A DNA stretch of 64,000 nucleotides, taken from the NCBI GenBank assembly GCA_016935735.1, contig JAFGQK010000175.1, positions 2,699 through 66,698 on the forward strand. Reading direction: 5' to 3'. The position numbers and the translations under genes are program-made. The notes under the pieces were generated by a model. The model saw only the letters and a program-made list of their open reading frames with translations, was not told the origin of the DNA and ran no database searches. The stretch comes from Spirochaetales bacterium. Its GTDB lineage: Bacteria; Spirochaetota; Spirochaetia; SZUA-6; JAFGRV01. Below are positions 18,339 to 27,002 of the stretch, piece after piece (position 1 is the first letter of the stretch; every line of letters begins with the position of its first letter).

Positions 18339-20102
18339 TCAGTTTTCCAGGTACTGGACAAGACGTATTGAATCTTTTGTTATTGCTTCGATTCCATTTA
18401 CATACAAATGACCGGGTGTAAGTATTATAGTTTTTTTATAACCTTTTTTATCGGGACCAATTTCTTTTGCGTATTCTAAAATATAATTTTCAATATCCTG
18501 AACAAGACCATCCTCTTTTAATATTTTAAATGAAATTACTCCAATATCATATTCCAGGAAATCTCTATACTGGATTGATACAAAAATCCGCCAGAGCATG
18601 GTTTTTTCTTCGCTATTGATGAAAGGTTTTAATTGATATTTCTTACTCTCTGAATTGTAATTATAATATTGCTGTATAATAGACCGGTCATGTGAAGATC
18701 GAATATTCTTTAAAATATCATTCTTGAATTGAGAAGATTCAATAGTATCCGGTAAATATTGTAAATACTTTTTATAATAATAATCATTTATTACCGGAAT
18801 ATTTTTAATAATGGTGAATCCTCCGGAATGATCCAGGATATCTCCATCCACCTCCCTGGTCCTGGTAAAGAATGGGGGTTCAAAAATAATCTGCATACTT
18901 TTGCCTTCAAGTTTAAATTCCTCTTCAAATATCCCGGATAAAGATATTGCCGAAGGGGTTACTGCATCTCTTTCCCTGTTATAAAGGCTTTCCTGTAATT
19001 CTTCTTTCACCTTAAGATAATCACCTGCCCAGGTCTCATCATTCGTGGAAATTTCAAGTGAATGCAACGATCCGGCAGTTACATTCAGGGTTTTTTTGAT
19101 TGAACGGACCAGTATGTTTCTAATCATAATAATAAGCTGAAGCGGATTGCTTCTCCGGGAGGAATAATCCCAGCTATATACTTCCTGGGCATTATCTGTA
19201 TAAAAGACAACCTCTTTTTCATCAGGGAAGAAAAGAATCATTTTATTTAAATCTTTTGAATCATACCACGGACCTTCTAAATATTTTTCAAAATCATCTG
19301 TGCCCTTACTTGCAATTAATTCATTAAATTTCTTATCTTCTATAATTTTTCCGGGAATCTTTTCTACAGGAGGAATGAACTCATATTTATTACTTGAATA
19401 TACCCACCGGTATGTTTCCCGGATCATATCATTCTCATTATCAGAATCCTTGTCCCTTCTTTCTACAATAATCGGAAAACTTTCTCCGGTTTTTTGACCG
19501 AGTTCATAGGTAGCCGAACGTTTTTTTCGTATTATCGAAATTGTCCCGTCTGAAATAAGCTGGCAGATCGGCATAAACATAAGACCGGGATTGGATAGAG
19601 ATGGTGTCCGTCTGAATACATCCAGGGTAACATCTTTATTCTTCATACCATAAAAAATAATTTCTTTATTATAATCACCGACAATATCCATGAATTCAAT
19701 CTCAAAAACCCGGTGATTGGTTCCATTAGTAAATGATTCCCAGGAACGTCCATATGCAGACATTATTTCATCATAATCAATAACAGCAATTTTAATAGGG
19801 AGTTCCGAATCATCAACAATTTTTATAACCAGGATTTGCTCATCGGTAACATCAAGATCCAGATTTGAATTTATTACCTGTAAAAGATATTCATTTTTTG
19901 CAAGCGGGACTTTTAGTTCCTGTTCAGGAGATATATCTCCCCGCGAATCCGAATAAGGAGAATCGGCCGTAAAGTAATTAGAATCCGTATCCATTAAGAT
20001 ATCCGGATCATCCGTTCTTTCAAAGTAATCCGGATTATTGTTTCTATCTGTACAGGAGAATAACAATCCTGTAATTATTATAAGTATCACTTTTATTTTC
20101 AT
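18339..20102 (-). CDS. Lipoprotein of unknown function
   Basis: The lipobox is 'LLFSC'. It is 587 aa with no recognisable catalytic motif. Its stop overlaps the nrnA stop/start (ATGA at 20102). Confidence 0.5.
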   Translation of the reverse strand: MKIKVILIIITGLLFSCTDRNNNPDYFERTDDPDILMDTDSNYFTADSPYSDSRGDISPEQELKVPLAKNEYLLQVINSNLDLDVTDEQILVIKIVDDSELPIKIAVIDYDEIMSAYGRSWESFTNGTNHRVFEIEFMDIVGDYNKEIIFYGMKNKDVTLDVFRRTPSLSNPGLMFMPICQLISDGTISIIRKKRSATYELGQKTGESFPIIVERRDKDSDNENDMIRETYRWVYSSNKYEFIPPVEKIPGKIIEDKKFNELIASKGTDDFEKYLEGPWYDSKDLNKMILFFPDEKEVVFYTDNAQEVYSWDYSSRRSNPLQLIIMIRNILVRSIKKTLNVTAGSLHSLEISTNDETWAGDYLKVKEELQESLYNRERDAVTPSAISLSGIFEEEFKLEGKSMQIIFEPPFFTRTREVDGDILDHSGGFTIIKNIPVINDYYYKKYLQYLPDTIESSQFKNDILKNIRSSHDRSIIQQYYNYNSESKKYQLKPFINSEEKTMLWRIFVSIQYRDFLEYDIGVISFKILKEDGLVQDIENYILEYAKEIGPDKKGYKKTIILTPGHLYVNGIEAITKDSIRLVQYLEN

Positions 20103-21094
20103 TAATTATCTTTCTCAAAATATTTTTTTAATTGACCGAGTACCTTCTCCCGTACCACTTTCATATCTTCATCGAATTTGAATCCCGCGGCATTTTTATG
20201 ACCGCCACCCCCGAATAACTGGGCGATTCTACATACATCAATATCTCCTTTTGAACGCATTGAACAACGGGTAACACTCTTCAGATCCTCTTTAAAAAAA
20301 ATCGATACCTTTACATCTTCTGCTTTGAGAGGAATATTTATAATGGATCGTCCTTCTTCATAGTTTGCTTTTGTTGATAAAAGAATGTCTTTTGTCATCG
20401 TCTGAATAGCAACATGGTTGTTTTGCATTAATTCCAGTGTGGAAAGTACCCTTGATTGAAGAATAATGGATGGGATGGAATCAGTTTCATAAACATTTGA
20501 ATATATTTCATTGGGATTCACACCGATTTTCACCAGATGGTGTGCAATTTTAAATGTTAATGACGAGGTTTTCGGGTAGATAAACGAACCTGTATCATAA
20601 ACAATAGCCATGAACAATGCATTTGCCATTGACAAATCGATTTCTATTTTACTTTTCATAAAAAACTGGTAGAGAATTTCTGAAGTAGAAGAAGCATCTT
20701 TATAACTGACACTTCCGGCTACTTTCATGTCATCAGTATGACCTTCATGATGATCGATAATAAAACATTGACACACTTTGGGCAGAATATAGGTGGATAT
20801 TACACCTATATTGTTTGTATCATTCGTATCAACAATAAAGAGACCAAATTCGGATAATTTCTTAGGGAGTTTTTTTTCATTTATAAAGTGTTTCACCTCA
20901 TTTGTTACATCGATGAATTGAAAATTAAAAGGTGTCGGGTCATTATTAATAATATATGCAGTTTTCCCCATTTTTTTCAAACACTGTAAAAATGCATATT
21001 CACTTCCAATCGCATCTCCATCCGGACTTTCATGCGAGCAAATAATAAATTTATCGTATTGTGAAATGAATGCTAATAACGATTTGAAATTCAT
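20102..21094 (-). CDS. nrnA: DHH/DHHA1 phosphoesterase (NrnA-like bifunctional oligoribonuclease / pAp phosphatase)
   Basis: 'FIICSHESPDGDAIGS' and 'IIDHHEGH' are DHH motifs. The C-terminal 'GGGHKNAAG' is the DHHA1 GGGH motif. Confidence 0.7.
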   Translation of the reverse strand: MNFKSLLAFISQYDKFIICSHESPDGDAIGSEYAFLQCLKKMGKTAYIINNDPTPFNFQFIDVTNEVKHFINEKKLPKKLSEFGLFIVDTNDTNNIGVISTYILPKVCQCFIIDHHEGHTDDMKVAGSVSYKDASSTSEILYQFFMKSKIEIDLSMANALFMAIVYDTGSFIYPKTSSLTFKIAHHLVKIGVNPNEIYSNVYETDSIPSIILQSRVLSTLELMQNNHVAIQTMTKDILLSTKANYEEGRSIINIPLKAEDVKVSIFFKEDLKSVTRCSMRSKGDIDVCRIAQLFGGGGHKNAAGFKFDEDMKVVREKVLGQLKKYFEKDN

Positions 21095-22236
21095 TTTTCT
21101 TTATTCTCCATTTTTTTAGAATATAGACTTACACCCTTTTTCAAAATTTTCAATGGTTTCAGTTGTTTTAGAGGGATATAGGGACCAAGATATGATGATT
21201 GTTCAATCTTGAATCCCCTGGGTACTGTTGTATTTATCCCAAGTACTGCCAGCCCATTATAAATCTGGTCTGGAAAATCATTATTTCTGCCGATAGCTGT
21301 TTTCCCGCCAATCACTGCATTATCACCAATATTATGAACATTATTTTCTTCATAAAATGGCAGAATAATTGTATTTTGAATAGATGTATTTCTCCCAATG
21401 ATATTGTTATTCATAATAACCGAATTAATAACCTTTGCTTTTTTGCTTATTATTACCTCCGGGAAAATAACTGAATTCTCGACATATCCTTCTATTTCAG
21501 CACCCGGCGAGAGGAATGAATTTTTTATATGCCCGTGTTCACCAATGAATGAATTCTTTCCATCAGGTATTCTTTCTGATGTCTGTTTTACCAGATCAAG
21601 GAAGAGTTTGTTTTTTATATTATGTATAAGCCATAGATTTCCCGAGTAAAGCTGTATAATTTTATCAGAAAAAAATACATTTCCCGGAATTTTAATGAGA
21701 TCAATCCTGCGGGTAAGAAAATCCCGGAAAATATAATCAAATAGACTTTTCTCATCATTATGCTGTTTTATATAATCATCAATAAATCCGATGAGAAGCT
21801 TCTTTGAAAGAAAGTAGATATGAAGAGGAATTTTATCAACAGATAATTTTAGTAGTTCACCCCGTGTTTCTGATAATGAATTTATTAATTCTTCAGGATC
21901 GAACAGGGCAATGTGGGGGAGAAAGCAGAGAATGAGAAGTCTGGATTGTATCCTTTTAAGAAAAAGAAGGAAATCCTTTATACCATTTTCCAGAACCAGA
22001 ATATCACGAATTTCATTTTTCCACCTGGAAAAGAGTACAGGAATTATTTTCTTGAATTTCTTGTGAACAATAATATATCTTTCAGAAAAACAGTTATGTA
22101 AAAAACTTACCAGGGGAAAATCAATAATAGTAAAATTGCCCCAGAAAGGAAATATCGATACAGCCGTATCATCAAGAAATCCCGGAATAGTATGAGGAAA
22201 TCCATTTTCAAAAAAAATAACCGAGTAATCTGTCAT
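21091..22236 (-). CDS. GlgC/GlgD-family nucleotidyltransferase-like protein with a C-terminal left-handed beta-helix and a degenerate N-terminal NTP-binding loop
   Basis: 'SIFPFWGNFTIIDFPLVSFLHNCFSERYII' parallels the ADP-glucose pyrophosphorylase '[24 protein letters not shown]'. The GGxGTRL loop is replaced by 'FFENGFPHT'. The C-terminus has hexapeptide repeats. Confidence 0.45.
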   Translation of the reverse strand: MTDYSVIFFENGFPHTIPGFLDDTAVSIFPFWGNFTIIDFPLVSFLHNCFSERYIIVHKKFKKIIPVLFSRWKNEIRDILVLENGIKDFLLFLKRIQSRLLILCFLPHIALFDPEELINSLSETRGELLKLSVDKIPLHIYFLSKKLLIGFIDDYIKQHNDEKSLFDYIFRDFLTRRIDLIKIPGNVFFSDKIIQLYSGNLWLIHNIKNKLFLDLVKQTSERIPDGKNSFIGEHGHIKNSFLSPGAEIEGYVENSVIFPEVIISKKAKVINSVIMNNNIIGRNTSIQNTIILPFYEENNVHNIGDNAVIGGKTAIGRNNDFPDQIYNGLAVLGINTTVPRGFKIEQSSYLGPYIPLKQLKPLKILKKGVSLYSKKMENKEK

Positions 22237-22260
22237 ACACCCCTTAATAGTCCGTATAAA

Positions 22261-23724
22261 TCAGGTGATTTCATTAAAAGTCATATGATACAGTTTACCG
22301 CTTTCAGTAAAAATGCTGATTGTTGCCTCAAGGATATTCTCCGGTATTTCCTTTGGATCTGAAAAATTCTTTTCCTTTAAGACCTGTAATTTTAAATCTT
22401 CATTTGCTACTGTTAATTTTCCAAAACACTTAATGTTCTTTTTATCCGTAACCCGGATAAAATCCATACTTTCTAAAAGATAAAGATTCTTTCCCCTGGA
22501 AATCTTGAAAGTATCTTTTCCTCTGGGAAGTGGCATTTCCTCTATAAGTATTTTGAATTTAATCGGATGTCCCTGGATAAGTTTAATAATTCCTACAATA
22601 AGAGAAATAATAATAACAATTGCAAGTGCGATTAAAAGAACCAGGAGCCAGGGATGATCTTCCCATATATTATTTGCATGAATTGACATTTTTAAAGGTG
22701 ATGTAAAACGCGCCTGACTTTCAAAAGTAAAAACAAGTTCTCCAATGTAATCATTGCCGGAATCCAATTTTTTTGCACTCTCTACCGGGATTTTAAGATA
22801 GATGATGCCCTCATCTTTTTTCCCTTCTGTTTCTGCCTGCTTTTTGGAATCTGCCGGAAGAATCCGGGTAAATCGATCTTTCAGTATATTCAGGGAAAGA
22901 CCTGGTGTATTCATCGTTATTGAATCTATAATAAGAGCCGGATTTTCATCAAAAAGGGTGGTGATAACAGGAAGAACAAGGGTTCCTTTACCGGAACGCC
23001 GGAATATTAATTTTTTCAGTTTGTTCTCTACAACCCGGATTTCTCCAATTACTTCTCCAAGTGCTTTGTCGATTTCTTCCAGCGATGCATCTTCCCCGAC
23101 TTCTGAATATGTTCCTTTAATATCCTCTTTAAAAACATTTCCCCCGGGATCTGACCCGATTGCCAGGATCTGTATCTTCCAGCCCGGGTATTCAAACAGG
23201 TCATCGATTTTATCGATATATTCATGTTTCAGTTTCCCATCCTTTGTATAGTAAGGACTCCCGGGTGGGGGCTCATTAATACTGTCGGTCATAATAAGAA
23301 AGCGTTTTCTCCTGTTGTTATTCATTCGTTCCACAAACTCATCTTTCAAACGGTCGAACATACTCCCGATATCAGTCCAGTATCCGACAGCCTTGACTTT
23401 TGCAATATCATTCTTCATTCTTTCTTTATCCTGTTCAGATTGAATAAGTCCTGCAGTAATTACTTCTGATTCTTTAAAAAAACCAATAACAAGCAGATAA
23501 TCACCAATAATGAGCCTTTCAGTAATAATATTATTTATGATATACTCTTTTACCGCTTCAATTTCCTCATCCATAGAACGGGATTTATCCAGGGCAATCA
23601 CCAGATCAATTGGTTCTGTGCGTTCATCCGTGCCCCTATCTGCCCATAAATTTCCAGCGAGAATAAGAATTCCTGATAAAATGATAATTTTAAATAGTGT
23701 TTGTCTTTTCAATATATTGTTCAT
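22261..23724 (-). CDS. von Willebrand factor A (vWA) domain membrane protein
   Basis: It has a signal or TM segment. The vWA MIDAS motif is 'DLVIALDKSRSMDEE'. An internal TM helix, 'LLVLLIALAIVIIISLIV', is followed by a ~110-aa tail. I set the start at the second Met. Confidence 0.6.
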   Translation of the reverse strand: MNNILKRQTLFKIIILSGILILAGNLWADRGTDERTEPIDLVIALDKSRSMDEEIEAVKEYIINNIITERLIIGDYLLVIGFFKESEVITAGLIQSEQDKERMKNDIAKVKAVGYWTDIGSMFDRLKDEFVERMNNNRRKRFLIMTDSINEPPPGSPYYTKDGKLKHEYIDKIDDLFEYPGWKIQILAIGSDPGGNVFKEDIKGTYSEVGEDASLEEIDKALGEVIGEIRVVENKLKKLIFRRSGKGTLVLPVITTLFDENPALIIDSITMNTPGLSLNILKDRFTRILPADSKKQAETEGKKDEGIIYLKIPVESAKKLDSGNDYIGELVFTFESQARFTSPLKMSIHANNIWEDHPWLLVLLIALAIVIIISLIVGIIKLIQGHPIKFKILIEEMPLPRGKDTFKISRGKNLYLLESMDFIRVTDKKNIKCFGKLTVANEDLKLQVLKEKNFSDPKEIPENILEATISIFTESGKLYHMTFNEIT

Positions 23725-23862
23725 ACAAACCTCCCTATCTATACTATACACATTGCACTATATTTTATGAAAATGGAAGTAAAAAAATAAAAAAAATTAC
23801 TTTACATTATGCTAAAAATTCTTATAGAATAGTAGAGAATCCAAATTTTAAGGAGAGAAATT

Positions 23863-25872
23863 ATGGGAGCAGTAGATTTACCAAAAAGTCCAAATGTATT
23901 CCATCCAGAGAAACCAAGTGCTGTTGGATCAAGGAACTCATTAGCCCAGGAATTCCGTGACCAGCAGGCAGAGGTTGATCAGCTCATGAGTGAAGAAGTC
24001 GATAAAGTAATGAATCATATTGCATCAAAATTACCGAAGGATGTTATGGAACGCATTGATATTATGGGAGGGCTTAAGGAGAAACTTTATACCTATTTCA
24101 ATCAAAACTACCAGAATATGTTCAACAGATACATTGTAACAGCAGAAGATGAAATGGTAAAAAAGGTAAGGAACTATATAGACAAGGAAGAAATGAAAAC
24201 CCTTGCCCGGTATACCCCAAAGGAAATCGCCCAGTTGCTCGATCAGATCGGCGGAATCGATAAGTTCAATACAGGAGAAATTGAGAAATCTGTAGTGAAT
24301 ATGTATGGACACCTCCAGGGGCATATCCAGAGAGGAGTAAATGACCTTGAAAACCTTACTAATTCAATCCTCAGACAGAAAACGGATGTTGGGGCATTTA
24401 TCCGTGGCGAGAATGCCTATTCAATTGTGAAGTGCGGATTTAAGGATAATATACTTAAACCGAAGACTGTTACAGATGTAAAACTCTCGGTGAATATTCT
24501 GGACTCTGAATTAATCAGTCCTATTTTCCATTACCAGGTGACAGTGGAGTTCCTGGTAAAAGACCTCATTTCCAAGCATATCATGGACTCGATCGACAAG
24601 GAAATTGAAAGACTAAAAGATCAGCTTGTCGATGAGGGCAGGGAAGAAATGTCTGACAGTGAGATTATCTTTGAAAAAATGAAAAAGATAGAAAATTACA
24701 CTGATGATGATGTTGATAATCCGAAATCCAAGCGGTACAGTCTTATCGCGAAACATCTTATTGACAGAATTGAGGGGTTACGTGCAGAAATCAATCCGGA
24801 AGAGTTTGATACCCTGAATATCAGGGAAAATTTGAAAAAGATCATAGATCTGGAGAATATCCGGAACCGCGGCTTTAATACAGCAGTAAATTCAATTACA
24901 TCTATCCTCGATACATCAAAGATGGGGTATCAGTATGTCGAGAACCTGAAGAACTCCAGGGAACTCATGCTTCGGGAGTATGAAGATACCGATGATTCTA
25001 TCCTGCCGGATGAGCGGTTCAAGATCCGGATGCGGTATTATGATAATGCACAGCTCATAGAAGAACGAAAAGCATATGATGTTCAGATTAAATCCTTTGA
25101 GATCGAGGTACAGCATCTTGTTGATGTTGTGGAGATGGTATACTGGGATTCAAAGAGATTTAAAGGAGTGGTAGATTTCCCGGATCTGGCAAAAAGATAC
25201 AGGAATAAGATTAAGAACAGGATTAAGTCAAAATCCGGTGATCCCCTTTATGAAGACATAGATAAGGTATGGGATGAAATAAGTTTTATTAAAGCCGCAG
25301 ATACGGATGTAGAACGGATGAACAGGACTTATCTGTATGAAAAGGACAGGATTAAAAAGAAACTCATTATGACCAGGGATAAACTTGCAGCGATGTATGA
25401 ATACAGGTACCCGAAAAAGAGAAGGGTAATGGAAGTTCGTCTTAATGATCTGGAAAGGGATTTCCAGGCCTTTGATTACCTGATTAACCCCTACCATGTA
25501 CAACCGGGTCTTCTTCTGGATGTTGATATTACATCTATTAAGAAGAAACGTGCAACCCTGGATGGGATGGCAAATGTGTTGAATGAATTTCTCCATGGTG
25601 TATCAAAAGGATTCCAGGACGCTGCTTTTGCTTCCTTCTCAAGAAGAAGATCTACGGTGAGAGAAGATATAGCCCAGACATTTGGCGGGAGTACGGAAGA
25701 AGAAGAGGGCGGAAGTGATTATCTTAACATGATCCAGGCAGACCATACGGATTCACCTATGGAACAGAAAAAAACGCAGATGCTGAAAAAGGGTCTGGTT
25801 GATACTCCTCAGAAAAAACGGGGAAGGAAAAGAAAAGGCGGCAGAAAATCTTCTGGTTTAACAGAAATATAA
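23863..25872 (+). CDS. cfpA: Cytoplasmic filament protein A-like protein (CfpA family), 669 aa
   Basis: It is about 670 aa, highly charged and coiled-coil-rich. The synteny vWA / cfpA / hypothetical / ppdK mirrors what I recall of T. pallidum (roughly TP0750 vWA, TP0748 cfpA, TP0746 ppdK). A paralogous copy sits at the window end. Confidence 0.5.
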   Translation: MGAVDLPKSPNVFHPEKPSAVGSRNSLAQEFRDQQAEVDQLMSEEVDKVMNHIASKLPKDVMERIDIMGGLKEKLYTYFNQNYQNMFNRYIVTAEDEMVKKVRNYIDKEEMKTLARYTPKEIAQLLDQIGGIDKFNTGEIEKSVVNMYGHLQGHIQRGVNDLENLTNSILRQKTDVGAFIRGENAYSIVKCGFKDNILKPKTVTDVKLSVNILDSELISPIFHYQVTVEFLVKDLISKHIMDSIDKEIERLKDQLVDEGREEMSDSEIIFEKMKKIENYTDDDVDNPKSKRYSLIAKHLIDRIEGLRAEINPEEFDTLNIRENLKKIIDLENIRNRGFNTAVNSITSILDTSKMGYQYVENLKNSRELMLREYEDTDDSILPDERFKIRMRYYDNAQLIEERKAYDVQIKSFEIEVQHLVDVVEMVYWDSKRFKGVVDFPDLAKRYRNKIKNRIKSKSGDPLYEDIDKVWDEISFIKAADTDVERMNRTYLYEKDRIKKKLIMTRDKLAAMYEYRYPKKRRVMEVRLNDLERDFQAFDYLINPYHVQPGLLLDVDITSIKKKRATLDGMANVLNEFLHGVSKGFQDAAFASFSRRRSTVREDIAQTFGGSTEEEEGGSDYLNMIQADHTDSPMEQKKTQMLKKGLVDTPQKKRGRKRKGGRKSSGLTEI

Positions 25873-25944
25873 GCTATTATGGAATGGCGTCACTCGAAAA
25901 AAGAGGGGCGCCATTTATTATAATAAGAGGAAATGAGGTAGAGT

Positions 25945-26973
25945 ATGGGAGATATTAAGTACCAGTTTGACAGTTTAAGTACAAGGGATGGATTTAATAA
26001 ATCTTTACGCCATTTTAAACTTGTAAATGAACTGGTTGAAGATTTTAACGAATTTTACAATCTTGCGGATTTATTAAATGATCTGTTAATGGAGAAAAAA
26101 ATTATACAATCACAGGTTAAACCCATTCTTAACTCTCTTCTGGTGGATAAGTATAAATATAAATATTCTTCATATAATTTCGAAGAGACTATTACAGACT
26201 TTAAAAATATCACTGATACGATCAAAAAATGGAAAGCTTATGATATTGTGCTTGCGTATTTTCATCCGGAACTTGGAACCCTTCCGATAAACCCGAAGAA
26301 TGAATCACATTTTACGGCGGCACAGAGTCTTAAAAAAAATGAACTGGTAACGATATTTGTTGGTGAATTTGATAACACTGATCCCAATAAATCATATGAC
26401 GATGTCTTAAAAACAGTTATAAAACTTTTCAAAGGCAAAATAGCCAAGGTTCCGCCATCCTTTTTAAAAGGAAAGTTCACAGAAAAGAAGAAAGAAGTTG
26501 AATTTGAACCGCCTCCATTAACAAGTATAAAGAAAACAGGTCCCAGTTTCTCGTATACAAAGGAAAAGGCAGAACAGGCAGAAACTGCCCAGAAGAAAGA
26601 GACAACTGAAAAAAAAGAGGAGGATACAGGACCGCCTAAAAGAATGCGTATGACACCTATGTATGGGATTGTTGTAACAAATGAGCTTTTCCATAATGGA
26701 AATGTAGAAGCATGGAAAAAGATAATCGCCAGCTATGAACATTCTCATCCCGCACTCAAGGTGTTTGTATTTTATGATGGTGAGCGAATCAACGATATTA
26801 ATACATTATTTAAATGGGGAAAAGTTAAGAGAGGCACAGCGATTATGATATCTGTTGCAGGTGATAATATTCAGAATGTTGCAAAACTAAAGCGATACCT
26901 CATGCAGGGAGCCAGCCACCGTTTTGAAGATTTTTTACATGGGCCTCCGAATCAGATTATGAGATTATTCTAA
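25945..26973 (+). CDS. Conserved hypothetical protein co-oriented between cfpA and ppdK
   Basis: It is 342 aa, with a K/E-rich central linker and a C-terminal globular region. It is in the position of the hypothetical gene between cfpA and ppdK in T. pallidum. Confidence 0.45.
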   Translation: MGDIKYQFDSLSTRDGFNKSLRHFKLVNELVEDFNEFYNLADLLNDLLMEKKIIQSQVKPILNSLLVDKYKYKYSSYNFEETITDFKNITDTIKKWKAYDIVLAYFHPELGTLPINPKNESHFTAAQSLKKNELVTIFVGEFDNTDPNKSYDDVLKTVIKLFKGKIAKVPPSFLKGKFTEKKKEVEFEPPPLTSIKKTGPSFSYTKEKAEQAETAQKKETTEKKEEDTGPPKRMRMTPMYGIVVTNELFHNGNVEAWKKIIASYEHSHPALKVFVFYDGERINDINTLFKWGKVKRGTAIMISVAGDNIQNVAKLKRYLMQGASHRFEDFLHGPPNQIMRLF

Positions 26974-27002
26974 TATTATACTTTAACAAAGAGAGGACCG
27001 TT

